Shown: piece after piece, positions 36,877 through 46,220 of the stretch
Position numbering within the stretch: position 1 is the first letter of the stretch
Layout: the number at the start of each line of letters is the position of its first letter
Assembly (NCBI GenBank): GCA_964614415.1
Contig: CAZTLE010000002.1
Location: forward strand, 4,027-68,026
Direction: 5' to 3'
Length of the DNA stretch: 64,000 nucleotides
DNA from: an uncultured Aureitalea sp.
GTDB lineage: Bacteria > Bacteroidota > Bacteroidia > Flavobacteriales > Flavobacteriaceae
Notes under the pieces: generated by a model
What the model was told of the DNA's origin: nothing
The model's database searches: none
What the model saw: only the letters and a program-made list of their open reading frames with translations
Program-made: the position numbers and the translations under genes

Positions 36877-37964
36877 CGTGTGGGTTTTGAGACGGTATTG
36901 GAAATAAAGATAGTCATTTGGATGAACACTAAAAATAATTCCCAAAGGGGTATGGCTGGGATCAATGACTGTTCTTTAAGCCGGGCTGCGGCTCTTCCAA
37001 TAATAACATATTGAAGCACAAACCGAAGAATTACAACCGGTAATACAAACTTCCAATCGCCCAGAATCAATGCCAGGGGTGCAAGCACCCAGAATGACAG
37101 ACTGGACAGATAGAACAACCCAAGCAGGAATTTGTGCAGGGGTTTGTACTCTTTGGAAGTGGTGATATGGCGCCTTTTTTGTTGTATCCAATCTGAAAAC
37201 GTCTTTTTAGGAACGGAGTAGGTAAAGGCTTCGGGGGCCAGGCAAACCGTCGTGTTTTTTCCGGTAGCTGCCTGGTTAACAAACAGGTCGTCATCTCCTG
37301 AGGGCAGCTGTATGTGCGACATGAAACCGTTGTTAGCGTAATAGAGATTACTGGTATAGCCCATATTGCGCCCTACACCCATATAGGGAATCCCCGCCAA
37401 TGCATAGGAAAAATACTGAACGGCTGTCATTAGGGTTTCAAAACGAATGAGTCCGTTGAGCAGACCTTTTTCTTTTTCGTATCCTCCATAACCCAGTACG
37501 AGTTGTTTCTCGGTACTGAATTGTTCGGCCATGGTGGAGATCCATTGGTCACTCGCGGGACGGCAATCGGCATCCGTAAAGATCATTCGGCGACTTTTCG
37601 CACGTTTTATACCCAAAGTGAGAGCGTATTTCTTATTGCCCCAAAATGCCTCGTTGTTCTTTACGTGAACTACTGAAACCCGTTCGGGGTCTTTTTGTGC
37701 AAATGAGTTCATGACCTCCGGAGTTTCGTCCGAAGAAGCGTCATTTATTAAAATAAGTTCGAGTTTGGGATGGTCCTGTCGCAACCAAAGTGGGATATGT
37801 TTGCTGAGATTATCTGACTCATTCTTGGCACATACGATAAGGGATACCGGGAAGTTTTGCTTTTCTCCCCTGTCGTTGTGCTTATGAAAGGCCATCCGGG
37901 AGAACAGCACATAGTAGACACAGTTGATTGCAACAACAACCGGGACAAGGTAAATCCAAAGCAT
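36867..37964 (-). CDS. family 2 glycosyltransferase (membrane-associated)
   Basis: VSLIVCAKNESDNL...LILINDASSDET, DAD motif (FTDADC), C-terminal TM helices. Confidence 0.8.
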   Translation of the reverse strand: MLWIYLVPVVVAINCVYYVLFSRMAFHKHNDRGEKQNFPVSLIVCAKNESDNLSKHIPLWLRQDHPKLELILINDASSDETPEVMNSFAQKDPERVSVVHVKNNEAFWGNKKYALTLGIKRAKSRRMIFTDADCRPASDQWISTMAEQFSTEKQLVLGYGGYEKEKGLLNGLIRFETLMTAVQYFSYALAGIPYMGVGRNMGYTSNLYYANNGFMSHIQLPSGDDDLFVNQAATGKNTTVCLAPEAFTYSVPKKTFSDWIQQKRRHITTSKEYKPLHKFLLGLFYLSSLSFWVLAPLALILGDWKFVLPVVILRFVLQYVIIGRAAARLKEQSLIPAIPLWELFLVFIQMTIFISNTVSKPTRWK

Positions 37965-38030
37965 ACTAACGAACTAATAGGGTAAATCTAAATAGATGTT
38001 CGCTGATGCCCGTCATCGCCTGGAAACCAG

Positions 38031-38237
38031 TTAGGATTTATGGGCAGGTTCGGTACAGGTGTCGAATTGATCGGGAGTCTTGCCACAAAATCCACAGGCT
38101 TCACCTTCTTTGTTCAAAAAGGGATTCTGACTGGCACAGGTGCCCGCAAATTCTCCGTCTTTTTTTCCCCATATCTTAATAGCTATACCGGCAAAAGCGA
38201 GTAGTAATAATGCCAGGGTAACAACAAAAATTCCCAT
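38031..38237 (-). CDS. small membrane protein with Cys-rich tail (possibly NqrM/DUF539-like)
   Basis: One TM helix, then GTCASQNPFLNKEGEACGFCGK..DTC. ATG at 38237 is supported by an upstream -7 box. Confidence 0.45.
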   Translation of the reverse strand: MGIFVVTLALLLLAFAGIAIKIWGKKDGEFAGTCASQNPFLNKEGEACGFCGKTPDQFDTCTEPAHKS

Positions 38238-38253
38238 AGGTCGTATTTGTGTA

Positions 38254-38261
38254 CAAAAATA
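38254..38261 (-). promoter_or_regulatory. Bacteroidota-type -7 promoter box TAnnTTTG (TATTTTTG on minus strand)
   Basis: The plus strand reads caaaaata. The box lies 16 nt upstream of the ATG at 38237. Confidence 0.35.
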
Positions 38262-38324
38262 CAATGTTTCTCATGGATATGGACCGAATTTGGTTAATTT
38301 TAACCGCAAATTATTGGAGTTACC

Positions 38325-38939
38325 ATGAAACGATCGCTTGTTTATCTTTTTAGTGCTATTCTTTTGGCAGGTGAGCTTTCCTGTAAGAATGACAAATCAT
38401 CTTCCGAAAACCCTGAGGAGGACACTTCTGTTGAGAATTCGGAGACGACTGAAGTCGTTGCCCCCGAAAAGAAAGAACTCACCGAAGCAGATAAAATTGC
38501 AATAAGTAGTGTGCTTTCCAAGGCTATGTCGACACCTGAATTGAAAACATTTGTCAGTGCCCTGGTTACGGCCCGGCTTACGGATATGCTCGCCGGGGAT
38601 GAAGGCTCTTATACAGTGCTGGCTCCGTCCAATGATGCGTTCAATGCGCTGTCACAGGAAAAGATGAGGTCCTATCTCAATTCGGGCAATACCACTCAGC
38701 TGGCAACGCTGTTGAAGAACCATATTGTTGAAGGCAATTTGGATTCCGAGCAGATCAAAAGCGGAGGAAATCAAACCGTTACCACCTTGTCCGGTGAAGA
38801 ACTGGACATTAAGGTGCAGGGAGATCTCATTACTGTGACAGATTCGGCAGGGAATACCGCCAATGTTGAAAAGAGCGATCTGTCAGGTTCCAATGGTGTG
38901 GTTCACATCCTAAGTGCGGTGCTGGAAGGGGCTAAATAA
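38325..38939 (+). CDS. fasciclin (FAS1) domain lipoprotein
   Basis: Lipobox LAGELSC. YTVLAPSNDAFNAL and NGVVHILSAVL FAS1 motifs. Confidence 0.8.
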   Translation: MKRSLVYLFSAILLAGELSCKNDKSSSENPEEDTSVENSETTEVVAPEKKELTEADKIAISSVLSKAMSTPELKTFVSALVTARLTDMLAGDEGSYTVLAPSNDAFNALSQEKMRSYLNSGNTTQLATLLKNHIVEGNLDSEQIKSGGNQTVTTLSGEELDIKVQGDLITVTDSAGNTANVEKSDLSGSNGVVHILSAVLEGAK

Positions 38940-39945
38940 CATTTACTTCCGGCTCGATCAAAATATCAAAGTCTTCTTTGACCTTTTTCTGAATTTCCTG
39001 GGCGAGATTCCAAATCTCCGATCCCGAAGCATTACCGTGATTAACCAACACCAGCGCCTGACGATCATGAACGCCCGCCTCTCCGAAACGCTTGCCTTTA
39101 AATCCGGAGTGCTCAATGAGCCACCCGGCCGGGATTTTAACTTCGGTAGGGGAGACCTCGTAGTAGGGCGCTTCAGGATGGTTTAGCTTCAGTTTTCTGA
39201 ATGCATTCAGATCGATCACGGGATTCTTGAAAAAACTACCGCTGTTGCCCAACACCTTAGGATCGGGAAGCTTGGATTGACGTATGGCAATAACAGCATT
39301 TGAAATATCGCGAATTGACGGATCGTCTATATTGTGCTCCTGCAACCATGATTCAATGGCCCCATAGGAGGTATTCTTCGAGTGATTTTCTGTGGTTAAC
39401 TGTAATTGGACGCTGGTAATAACATAACGCCCTTTTGCCGTTCCTTTAAAAATGGAATCCCGGTACCCGAATTGACATTCGGAGGCGGTGAATTCTTTTT
39501 CTTCCAAATTTGACCGGTCCAGGGCCTTACAGCTAATAAATACATCCTTCAGCTCAACCCCATAAGCACCAATATTCTGGATAGGAGCGGTGCCCACATT
39601 GCCTGGAATAAGGCTTAGGTTTTCAATACCTCCAAAATCATTTTCGATGCAGTGCATGACGAATTCATGCCAGTTCTCACCGGCCATTACCTCAAGTACG
39701 ACTGCGTTCTCGTTCCTGGAAACTTCCGTAATCCCTGTCAGGTCGAGATGGACTACATGCGCATCAATATCTCCGGTGAGCAAGATATTGCTGCCACCTC
39801 CCAGTAAAAAGAAATCTGTGTGAAGAGGAGATTGTAGGGCCTCTCTTAACTCTGAAACCGATTGGACAGAAGTGAAGTAACGGGCCCGGCAGTCTATGCC
39901 AAATGTATTGTAGGGTTTGAGCGATTTATAGGATTCGGTCGTCAT
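38932..39945 (-). CDS. murB: UDP-N-acetylmuramate dehydrogenase
   Basis: FAD-binding GGGSNILL motif, C-terminal MurB domain (GSFFKNP, PAGWLIE). Confidence 0.85.
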   Translation of the reverse strand: MTTESYKSLKPYNTFGIDCRARYFTSVQSVSELREALQSPLHTDFFLLGGGSNILLTGDIDAHVVHLDLTGITEVSRNENAVVLEVMAGENWHEFVMHCIENDFGGIENLSLIPGNVGTAPIQNIGAYGVELKDVFISCKALDRSNLEEKEFTASECQFGYRDSIFKGTAKGRYVITSVQLQLTTENHSKNTSYGAIESWLQEHNIDDPSIRDISNAVIAIRQSKLPDPKVLGNSGSFFKNPVIDLNAFRKLKLNHPEAPYYEVSPTEVKIPAGWLIEHSGFKGKRFGEAGVHDRQALVLVNHGNASGSEIWNLAQEIQKKVKEDFDILIEPEVNVI

Positions 39946-41135
39946 TATCCGGGATATTGCTCCAGGGCCGCTTTCAGGATCTGTACGGCCTTTATGAGGC
40001 TTTCCTTCTTCAACACATAGGCAATGCGAACCTGATTAAGTCCTACTCCCGGAGAAGAATAAAATCCGCCTGCCGGCGCCACCATGACCGTTTCGTTGTT
40101 CAGGTCAAACTTTTCGAGCAGCCATTGTGCAAAATCGTCGCTATTGCTCACCGGTAGCTCGGCAATACAATAGAAGGCACCTTTTGGGACACCTACTTTA
40201 ACTCCTGGAATCTGTTGGAGATGCTCAATAAGTGTATTTCTGCGATCCTCGTATTCGGCAATGACGTCGTCAAAGTATTGTTGTGGCGTATCCAGCGCCG
40301 CTTCACCCGCGATCAGCGCAAAGGTGGGTGGGCTCAGACGTGCCTGCGCAAATTTTAATGCAGTACGCGTTACCTGTTTGTTCTTGGAAACCAGGCAGCC
40401 GATTCGCGCTCCGCACATACTGTATCGCTTGGAGACCGAGTCGATAATTATTGCGTTGTCATCCAAACCTTCTTCTTCCAGGATGGAGTAGTGCGTACGT
40501 CCTTCATAGGTGAACTCACGATATACTTCATCGGATACCAGGAACAGATCGTGTTTTTTTACAATGGAAGCCAGTTTTTGGATCTCTTCCTTCGAGTACA
40601 GATATCCTGTAGGATTCCCCGGATTGCAGATCAGGATGGCTTTGGTCTTCGGAGTGATGAGCTTCTCGAATTCGGAAATTGGAGGGAGCGCGAAATTATC
40701 TTCGATCTTAGAAATGACCGGAACTATGCTCACACCGGAAGCCGTAGCGAATCCGTTATAATTTGCGTAAAAGGGTTCCGGAATAATAATCTCGTCCCCC
40801 ATGTCTGCTATGGTACCCATGGCAAAAAGCAAGGCTTCACTACCTCCGGTGGTCACAATAATATCATCAGAGGTCACATGGATGTCGTTTTTCTTGTAAT
40901 ATGCGGCCAGTTTTTCGCGATATCCTTCGGATCCTTCCGAACGGGCGTAGGCCAGGGTTTCGATACCGTGTTTCGCTACTGCTTCCATAGCCACCGCAGG
41001 GGATTTGATATCCGGTTGCCCTATGTTCAGGTGATAGACTTTTTTATTTTCTTTATAGGCTTGCTCGGCGTAAGGAACCAGCTTTCGTATGGGGGATTCA
41101 GGCATTTGAACACCTTTGGACGAAATGGACGGCAT
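39945..41135 (-). CDS. class I/II pyridoxal phosphate-dependent aminotransferase (aspartate aminotransferase-like)
   Basis: SVSKRYSMCGARIG PLP-lysine motif and NPGNPTG motif. ATG at 41135 (MPSISSKG). Confidence 0.8.
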   Translation of the reverse strand: MPSISSKGVQMPESPIRKLVPYAEQAYKENKKVYHLNIGQPDIKSPAVAMEAVAKHGIETLAYARSEGSEGYREKLAAYYKKNDIHVTSDDIIVTTGGSEALLFAMGTIADMGDEIIIPEPFYANYNGFATASGVSIVPVISKIEDNFALPPISEFEKLITPKTKAILICNPGNPTGYLYSKEEIQKLASIVKKHDLFLVSDEVYREFTYEGRTHYSILEEEGLDDNAIIIDSVSKRYSMCGARIGCLVSKNKQVTRTALKFAQARLSPPTFALIAGEAALDTPQQYFDDVIAEYEDRRNTLIEHLQQIPGVKVGVPKGAFYCIAELPVSNSDDFAQWLLEKFDLNNETVMVAPAGGFYSSPGVGLNQVRIAYVLKKESLIKAVQILKAALEQYPG

Positions 41136-41247
41136 AATCACTGTATTTAGGGGCAAAGTTGCAAAATAAATCTTAAAATACACCGGGATTTACTGCGCTT
41201 TTTGGGATTTTTCCTATCTTGAATAAAGTTGATGGAAAAGAAAAGAT

Positions 41248-42579
41248 TTGGTGCGTGGAGTAAGGGCTATACTTGTTTTTTTATGCACCGTTACTTTCGC
41301 ATTTTCTCAAAGCGGTTTTATTCTTCCCGATAAGGTCTTTGACGATAAGGTCCCATTCAAGTTGGTGAATAATCTGGTGGTGGTTGATGTGGAGGTCAAT
41401 GGTACGGATTTGTCTTTCATCCTGGATACAGGTGTAAAGACCACAATTCTATTCGGACTGGCTCAGCAGGATACCGTGGAGGTACGGGATGTAGAACCTA
41501 TTCGCCTCAGGGGATTAGGTCAGGGGGGCAGTGTGGAGGCACTAAAAAGCAGGAACAACAGGGTTCGCGTTGGAGAGGCCTTCGACATCAATCATACGAT
41601 ATATGTGGTCTTTGATGAGTCGCTCAACTTTTCCCCCAGGATGGGGATTCCTATTCATGGAGTTATCGGGCATGACTTTTTTAAGAATTTTGTTGTTAAG
41701 ACGAACTATACTTCCAAACGTATCACATTTTACAATCCTGTCCATTATACTTACAAATCCTGCAGGTCCTGTGAAGATTTCGAACTTACCCTAAAAAAGG
41801 GGAAACCCTATGTGGACTTCCAGGTTTCTTCTCAGGGAGAGCAGATTCCGGTAACACTGTTAGTGGATTCAGGATCCAGTGATGCCTTGTGGCTTTTTGA
41901 CGAACAAACGACGATCGTTGAGGCACCAAAGAACTATTTCCCGGATTTTCTCGGATTGGGATTAAGCGGTAACATTTATGGCAAGAGATCACGACTGGAC
42001 AGGCTTCAAATCGGGGATTATATGTTAGATGGAGTGAACGTGGCCTTTCCCGAAAAAGAATCCCTGGCGAACATGGAAATGTATGAGAAACGAGATGGGA
42101 GTGTAGGTGGAGGTGTATTAAAGCGCTTCACTGTGATCATTGATTATCCGCATGGGAGGATGAGGCTAAAACGAAATGGAAATTTCAATGCTCCTTTTTA
42201 CTACAATATGAGCGGTATAACGGTAGAGCACGACGGTGTTGTGGTTGTGGAAGACAAGAACAAGACGCTCAACACCCCGTTAAGTTTTGACACCCGGGAT
42301 GTCAACAAGTTTGCCGCAGAGATCATTAAAAAGTCGGCTGCCTACAAGCTGGCGCCCAAAATGATGGTGGCTGACGTGCGAGAAGGTTCTCCGGCTGCCC
42401 TGGTAGGTATTCAAAAAGGGGATGAGATCAAAATGGTGAACGGCAAGCCTGCCCACTTCTTCGATATCTATCAATTGGTGGAACTTTTTCAGTCCAAAGA
42501 GGGCAGAAGGATATTCCTGCAACTGGAGCGCAATGGCCAGGCATTTAAACGCAACTTTGTCCTTAAAAAAGTGATATAA
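41248..42579 (+). CDS. secreted two-lobed retropepsin-like aspartyl protease fused to a PDZ domain
   Basis: Signal peptide, FILDTGVKTT (DTG) and LLVDSGSSDA (DSG) about 150 aa apart, and a C-terminal PDZ-like region (GSPAALVGIQKGDEIKMVNGK). Confidence 0.65.
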   Translation: MVRGVRAILVFLCTVTFAFSQSGFILPDKVFDDKVPFKLVNNLVVVDVEVNGTDLSFILDTGVKTTILFGLAQQDTVEVRDVEPIRLRGLGQGGSVEALKSRNNRVRVGEAFDINHTIYVVFDESLNFSPRMGIPIHGVIGHDFFKNFVVKTNYTSKRITFYNPVHYTYKSCRSCEDFELTLKKGKPYVDFQVSSQGEQIPVTLLVDSGSSDALWLFDEQTTIVEAPKNYFPDFLGLGLSGNIYGKRSRLDRLQIGDYMLDGVNVAFPEKESLANMEMYEKRDGSVGGGVLKRFTVIIDYPHGRMRLKRNGNFNAPFYYNMSGITVEHDGVVVVEDKNKTLNTPLSFDTRDVNKFAAEIIKKSAAYKLAPKMMVADVREGSPAALVGIQKGDEIKMVNGKPAHFFDIYQLVELFQSKEGRRIFLQLERNGQAFKRNFVLKKVI

Positions 42580-42584
42580 AAAAA

Positions 42585-42617
42585 ACACCCCCTGACCGAA
42601 AGGCGGGGGGTGTTTTC
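42585..42617. terminator. Bidirectional Rho-independent terminator
   Basis: acaccccc (42585-42592) pairs with gggggtgt (42606-42613). It is flanked by an A-run upstream and ttt downstream, between convergent genes. Confidence 0.75.
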
Positions 42618-42633
42618 AGTATGTCGTTTTGTT

Positions 42634-43032
42634 CTAGTTCGTTTTTTCCAGAACGCTTTTTCCGTCGGCAAGGACTTCTCCTTTTATCTTGAGCGCCTTG
42701 ATCGGATCGTCTGCAGCGTTTGAATACACTGTAATGGTCTTTCTGATAGGTCCTACACGGTTGGTGTCGTATTTCACCTTAATCTCAGCGGTAGCACCTG
42801 GCTTAACAGGACCTTTTGGTTTTTCAGGAACCGTACACCCACAACTGGATTTAACATCTCCTATAATCAGGTCCTTGTTACCTGTGTTTGTGAATGTGAA
42901 GACGCGTACACCGTCACTTCCCTTTTCAATGGTGCCATAATCAATGGCGTCCTTGTCAAACTTAATGTTAGCCTGCGCATTCACGGTATAACCGATCATG
43001 GCGACAAACACGAATAGAATAATCTTTTTCAT
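42634..43032 (-). CDS. DUF1573 domain protein, secreted
   Basis: IDYGTIEKGSDGVRVFTFTNTGNKDLIIGDVKSSCGCT is the signature DUF1573 pattern. ATG at 43032 (MKKIILF). Confidence 0.8.
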   Translation of the reverse strand: MKKIILFVFVAMIGYTVNAQANIKFDKDAIDYGTIEKGSDGVRVFTFTNTGNKDLIIGDVKSSCGCTVPEKPKGPVKPGATAEIKVKYDTNRVGPIRKTITVYSNAADDPIKALKIKGEVLADGKSVLEKTN

Positions 43033-43120
43033 GATTCTAAATTTGGTAAACGCTAATGTAGGCAACTTTTGCCTACACTGCAAAATAAGTTATCCACTTT
43101 CATAATCTTGCAGATATACC

Positions 43121-43128
43121 TACTTTTG
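43121..43128 (+). promoter_or_regulatory. Bacteroidota-type -7 promoter box TAnnTTTG (TACTTTTG)
   Basis: Lies 30 nt upstream of the valS ATG at 43159. Confidence 0.4.
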
Positions 43129-43158
43129 CACATTACTTTCCAAAAATTGGACCAAACT

Positions 43159-45789
43159 ATGGCTTTAGCGGCAAAATATAACCCTGAACATGTTGAAGAT
43201 AAGTGGTATAGCTACTGGATGGAGCATGGTTATTTTCACTCTGAAATCGATGAAAGAGAGCCTTATACCATCGTAATTCCCCCTCCTAATGTGACGGGTG
43301 TATTACATATGGGACATATGCTGAATAACACCATTCAGGACGTGTTGATCCGTCGTGCGCGATTGAAGGGATACAATGCCTGCTGGGTGCCGGGAACCGA
43401 TCACGCTTCCATAGCAACTGAGGCCAAAGTGGTTAAAAAGCTCAAGGATGAGGGTATATCCAAATTTGACCTCACCCGGGATGAATTTTTGGAGCATGCC
43501 TGGGAGTGGACGCATAAGCATGGTGGTATTATTCTGGAACAGCTCAAAAAGCTAGGAGCTTCCTGTGATTGGGACCGCACCAAGTTTACCATGGATGACG
43601 ATATGTCAGCTTCGGTATACAAGGTATTTGTAGACCTGTATAACAAAGGATACGTCTACCGGGGTTATCGTATGGTGAACTGGGATCCTGAAGCCAAGAC
43701 CACCCTGTCCGATGAAGAGGTTATTTACCAGGAGAAACAGGGGAATTTGTACTACCTGAAGTATCAAATTGAAGGTAGTGATGACTTTGTTACCATTGCC
43801 ACCACGCGTCCGGAGACCATTCTGGGCGATACAGCCGTCTGTATTAACCCCGAAGACGAACGATACACCCATCTTAAGGGAAAGAAAGCTATTGTCCCTA
43901 TTTGCAATCGTGTGATTCCGATTATCGAGGACGAATACGTAACGATGGAGTTCGGTACCGGATGCCTTAAGGTGACACCGGCGCACGATGAGAATGATAA
44001 AGTATTGGGCGACAAGCATAATCTGGAGGTGATCGATATCCTTAATGAAGACGGAAGCCTTAATGAATATGGCTTGCATTACAATGGTAAGGATCGCTTC
44101 GTGGCGCGAAAGGAGATTGTGAAGGAACTGGAGTCCTTGGGGGTTATCACCAAGACCGAAACCCATATCAATAAAGTGGGAACCAGCGAACGCACCGGAG
44201 CGGTTATTGAACCCCGGTTAAGCGATCAGTGGTTCCTGAAAATGAAGGAGCTCTCTCAGCCTGCATTGGATGCCGTACTGAAAGATGAAGTTAGCCTGGT
44301 TCCTGAGAAGTTTATCAATACGTACCGACACTGGATGGAGAATGTCCGGGATTGGAATATCAGCCGTCAGCTATGGTGGGGGCACCAGATTCCGGCGTAT
44401 TATTACGGTAAGGGAAAAGACGACTTTGTCGTTGCCGAATCCAGAGAAGAAGCCCTGGCAATAGCCCGGGAGAAATCCGGAAATAGTGAATTGAGCGATT
44501 CCGACCTGCGTCAGGATCCGGATGTGTTAGATACCTGGTTCTCGTCCTGGTTATGGCCTATTAGTGTTTTCGGCGGTATTCTGGAGCCCGACAACGACGA
44601 GATCAATTATTACTATCCTACACGGGATTTGGTAACCGCTCCGGAAATCCTGTTCTTCTGGGTGGCACGTATGATTATTGCCGGATATGAGTATCGCAAC
44701 GAAAAGCCTTTCGATAGTGTTTATCTCACCGGAATAGTTCGGGATAAACAGCGTCGGAAAATGAGCAAGCAGCTTGGGAATTCACCTGATCCCATCGAAT
44801 TGATGAACGAGTACGGTGCCGATGGAGTGCGCGTTGGAATGCTTCTGAGCTCACCGGCGGGTAATGACCTTATGTTTGATGTCGACCTGTGTCACCAGGG
44901 TAAGGCTTTTGTGAACAAGATCTGGAATGCATATCGTCTCATTGATGGTTGGGAAGTTTCGGAAACAACCGAAGAAACCGAAACCGCGGCCATCGCCCTC
45001 GAATGGTATGGACATAAATTTCAAAAAGCACTCAGTGAGATCGAGGATCACTTCGGAAAGTATCGCATCAGTGATGCCCTGATGAGCACCTATAAGCTTG
45101 TTTGGGACGACTTCTGCTCCTGGCTGTTGGAAATGATCAAACCGCCTTACGGAGCTCCTATTTCTTCAGTAACAAAGGCCAAGGTTATTGCTGCACTCGA
45201 AGACAACCTGAAAATACTTCATCCGTTCGTTCCTTTTGTTTCCGAGGAGATCTGGCAACATATATCCGAACGCAGTGCGGACGAATCGCTTATTGTTGCC
45301 ACATGGCCGGAAACACGGGCTTTCGACAAAACCCTGATTTCTGAATTTGATTTTGCTTCGGAAGTGGTATCGGGAATTCGGGCCATTCGAAAAGAGAAGA
45401 ACATTGCTTTCAAGGATACGCTTACCCTGTCTGTTATTAACTCTGAGAATGTCGCTTCTACATTCGATTCTGTGATAAAGAAGCTCGGGAACCTGTCTGA
45501 GCTCAACTATATCGATGATAAACTATCAGGGGCGATGACCTTCCGGGTGAAATCCAACGAGTATTTCATTCCCATGGGGGGTGCTATCGACTTGGAGGCA
45601 GAGATTGCCAAGCTTACCGAGGAGCTCAATTACACCGAAGGATTCTTAAAAAGTGTTCAGAAGAAATTGAGCAACGAGCGTTTCGTAAACAATGCCCCCG
45701 AACAGGTGGTAGCCAACGAACGTAAGAAAGAGGCCGACGCCCTTGCCAAAATCGAGACCATCAAAGCCAGTCTTGACGGACTGAAGTAA
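43159..45789 (+). CDS. valS: valine--tRNA ligase
   Basis: [13 protein letters not shown] (HIGH) and KMSKQLGN (KMSKS) motifs, C-terminal coiled coil. ATG at 43159 ([17 protein letters not shown]). Confidence 0.95.
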   Translation: MALAAKYNPEHVEDKWYSYWMEHGYFHSEIDEREPYTIVIPPPNVTGVLHMGHMLNNTIQDVLIRRARLKGYNACWVPGTDHASIATEAKVVKKLKDEGISKFDLTRDEFLEHAWEWTHKHGGIILEQLKKLGASCDWDRTKFTMDDDMSASVYKVFVDLYNKGYVYRGYRMVNWDPEAKTTLSDEEVIYQEKQGNLYYLKYQIEGSDDFVTIATTRPETILGDTAVCINPEDERYTHLKGKKAIVPICNRVIPIIEDEYVTMEFGTGCLKVTPAHDENDKVLGDKHNLEVIDILNEDGSLNEYGLHYNGKDRFVARKEIVKELESLGVITKTETHINKVGTSERTGAVIEPRLSDQWFLKMKELSQPALDAVLKDEVSLVPEKFINTYRHWMENVRDWNISRQLWWGHQIPAYYYGKGKDDFVVAESREEALAIAREKSGNSELSDSDLRQDPDVLDTWFSSWLWPISVFGGILEPDNDEINYYYPTRDLVTAPEILFFWVARMIIAGYEYRNEKPFDSVYLTGIVRDKQRRKMSKQLGNSPDPIELMNEYGADGVRVGMLLSSPAGNDLMFDVDLCHQGKAFVNKIWNAYRLIDGWEVSETTEETETAAIALEWYGHKFQKALSEIEDHFGKYRISDALMSTYKLVWDDFCSWLLEMIKPPYGAPISSVTKAKVIAALEDNLKILHPFVPFVSEEIWQHISERSADESLIVATWPETRAFDKTLISEFDFASEVVSGIRAIRKEKNIAFKDTLTLSVINSENVASTFDSVIKKLGNLSELNYIDDKLSGAMTFRVKSNEYFIPMGGAIDLEAEIAKLTEELNYTEGFLKSVQKKLSNERFVNNAPEQVVANERKKEADALAKIETIKASLDGLK

Positions 45790-45793
45790 GGCC

Positions 45794-45948
45794 GATTTAC
45801 GATTTTTGAATTACGAATTACGAATTACGAATTACGAATTACGAATTACGAATTACGATTTTTGATTTTCAATTTGCCCTCCTAACAATCGTTTTGGAAT
45901 TTGAAATTTGCGATTTGAAGTTTTTACCCTGAGCCTGCCGAAGGGTGG
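45794..45948. repeat. Composite element: 11 heptads GAwTTnn (7 perfect GAATTAC), TTGGAAT-type heptads, type-B hairpin ACCCTGAGCCTGCCGAAGGGTGG
   Basis: gatttac gattttt (gaattac)x7 gattttt gattttc at 45794-45870. ttggaatttgaaatttgcgatttgaag at 45894-45920. Hairpin at 45926-45948. Lies between convergent valS and the ACBP gene. Confidence 0.85.
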
Positions 45949-45953
45949 AATTT

Positions 45954-46220
45954 TTATTTTCTGTACAGAAAGTAGTGATTCACCGCCTCTATATACAGTT
46001 TCTTTGCCTCTTCCATGCTAATATTCCGTGCTTGGAACAATGCATTGGCCTTAAAGGCATTAATGAGAGGCTTGCTGCTACTGGGAGGTTCCTGGTTGTT
46101 GGTAGCTCGTTTATAGAGCGCATATAAACGCAACAGGAAATCGGCCGGAAAAGGCTCGTGATGATTGTTGATACTTTCCACGGCTTGCAGGAAGGCCTTA
46201 TCTAATTCGGTAGCATTCAT
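45954..46220 (-). CDS. acyl-CoA-binding protein (ACBP) domain protein
   Basis: 88 aa. LLRLYALYKRAT...P....KPLINAFKANA......SMEEAKKLYIEAV matches the ACBP four-helix signature. Its ATG overlaps the psd stop (ATGA). Confidence 0.7.
   Translation of the reverse strand: MNATELDKAFLQAVESINNHHEPFPADFLLRLYALYKRATNNQEPPSSSKPLINAFKANALFQARNISMEEAKKLYIEAVNHYFLYRK

Noticed and set aside
40491-41150. 219 aa plus-strand ORF, antisense to the aminotransferase
   Set aside because: It is fully nested in a gene with a PLP-lysine motif and has no independent start context or recognisable domain.
43606-44166. 186 aa minus-strand ORF inside valS
   Set aside because: valS has HIGH and KMSKS motifs across this region, so the antisense frame is a shadow ORF.
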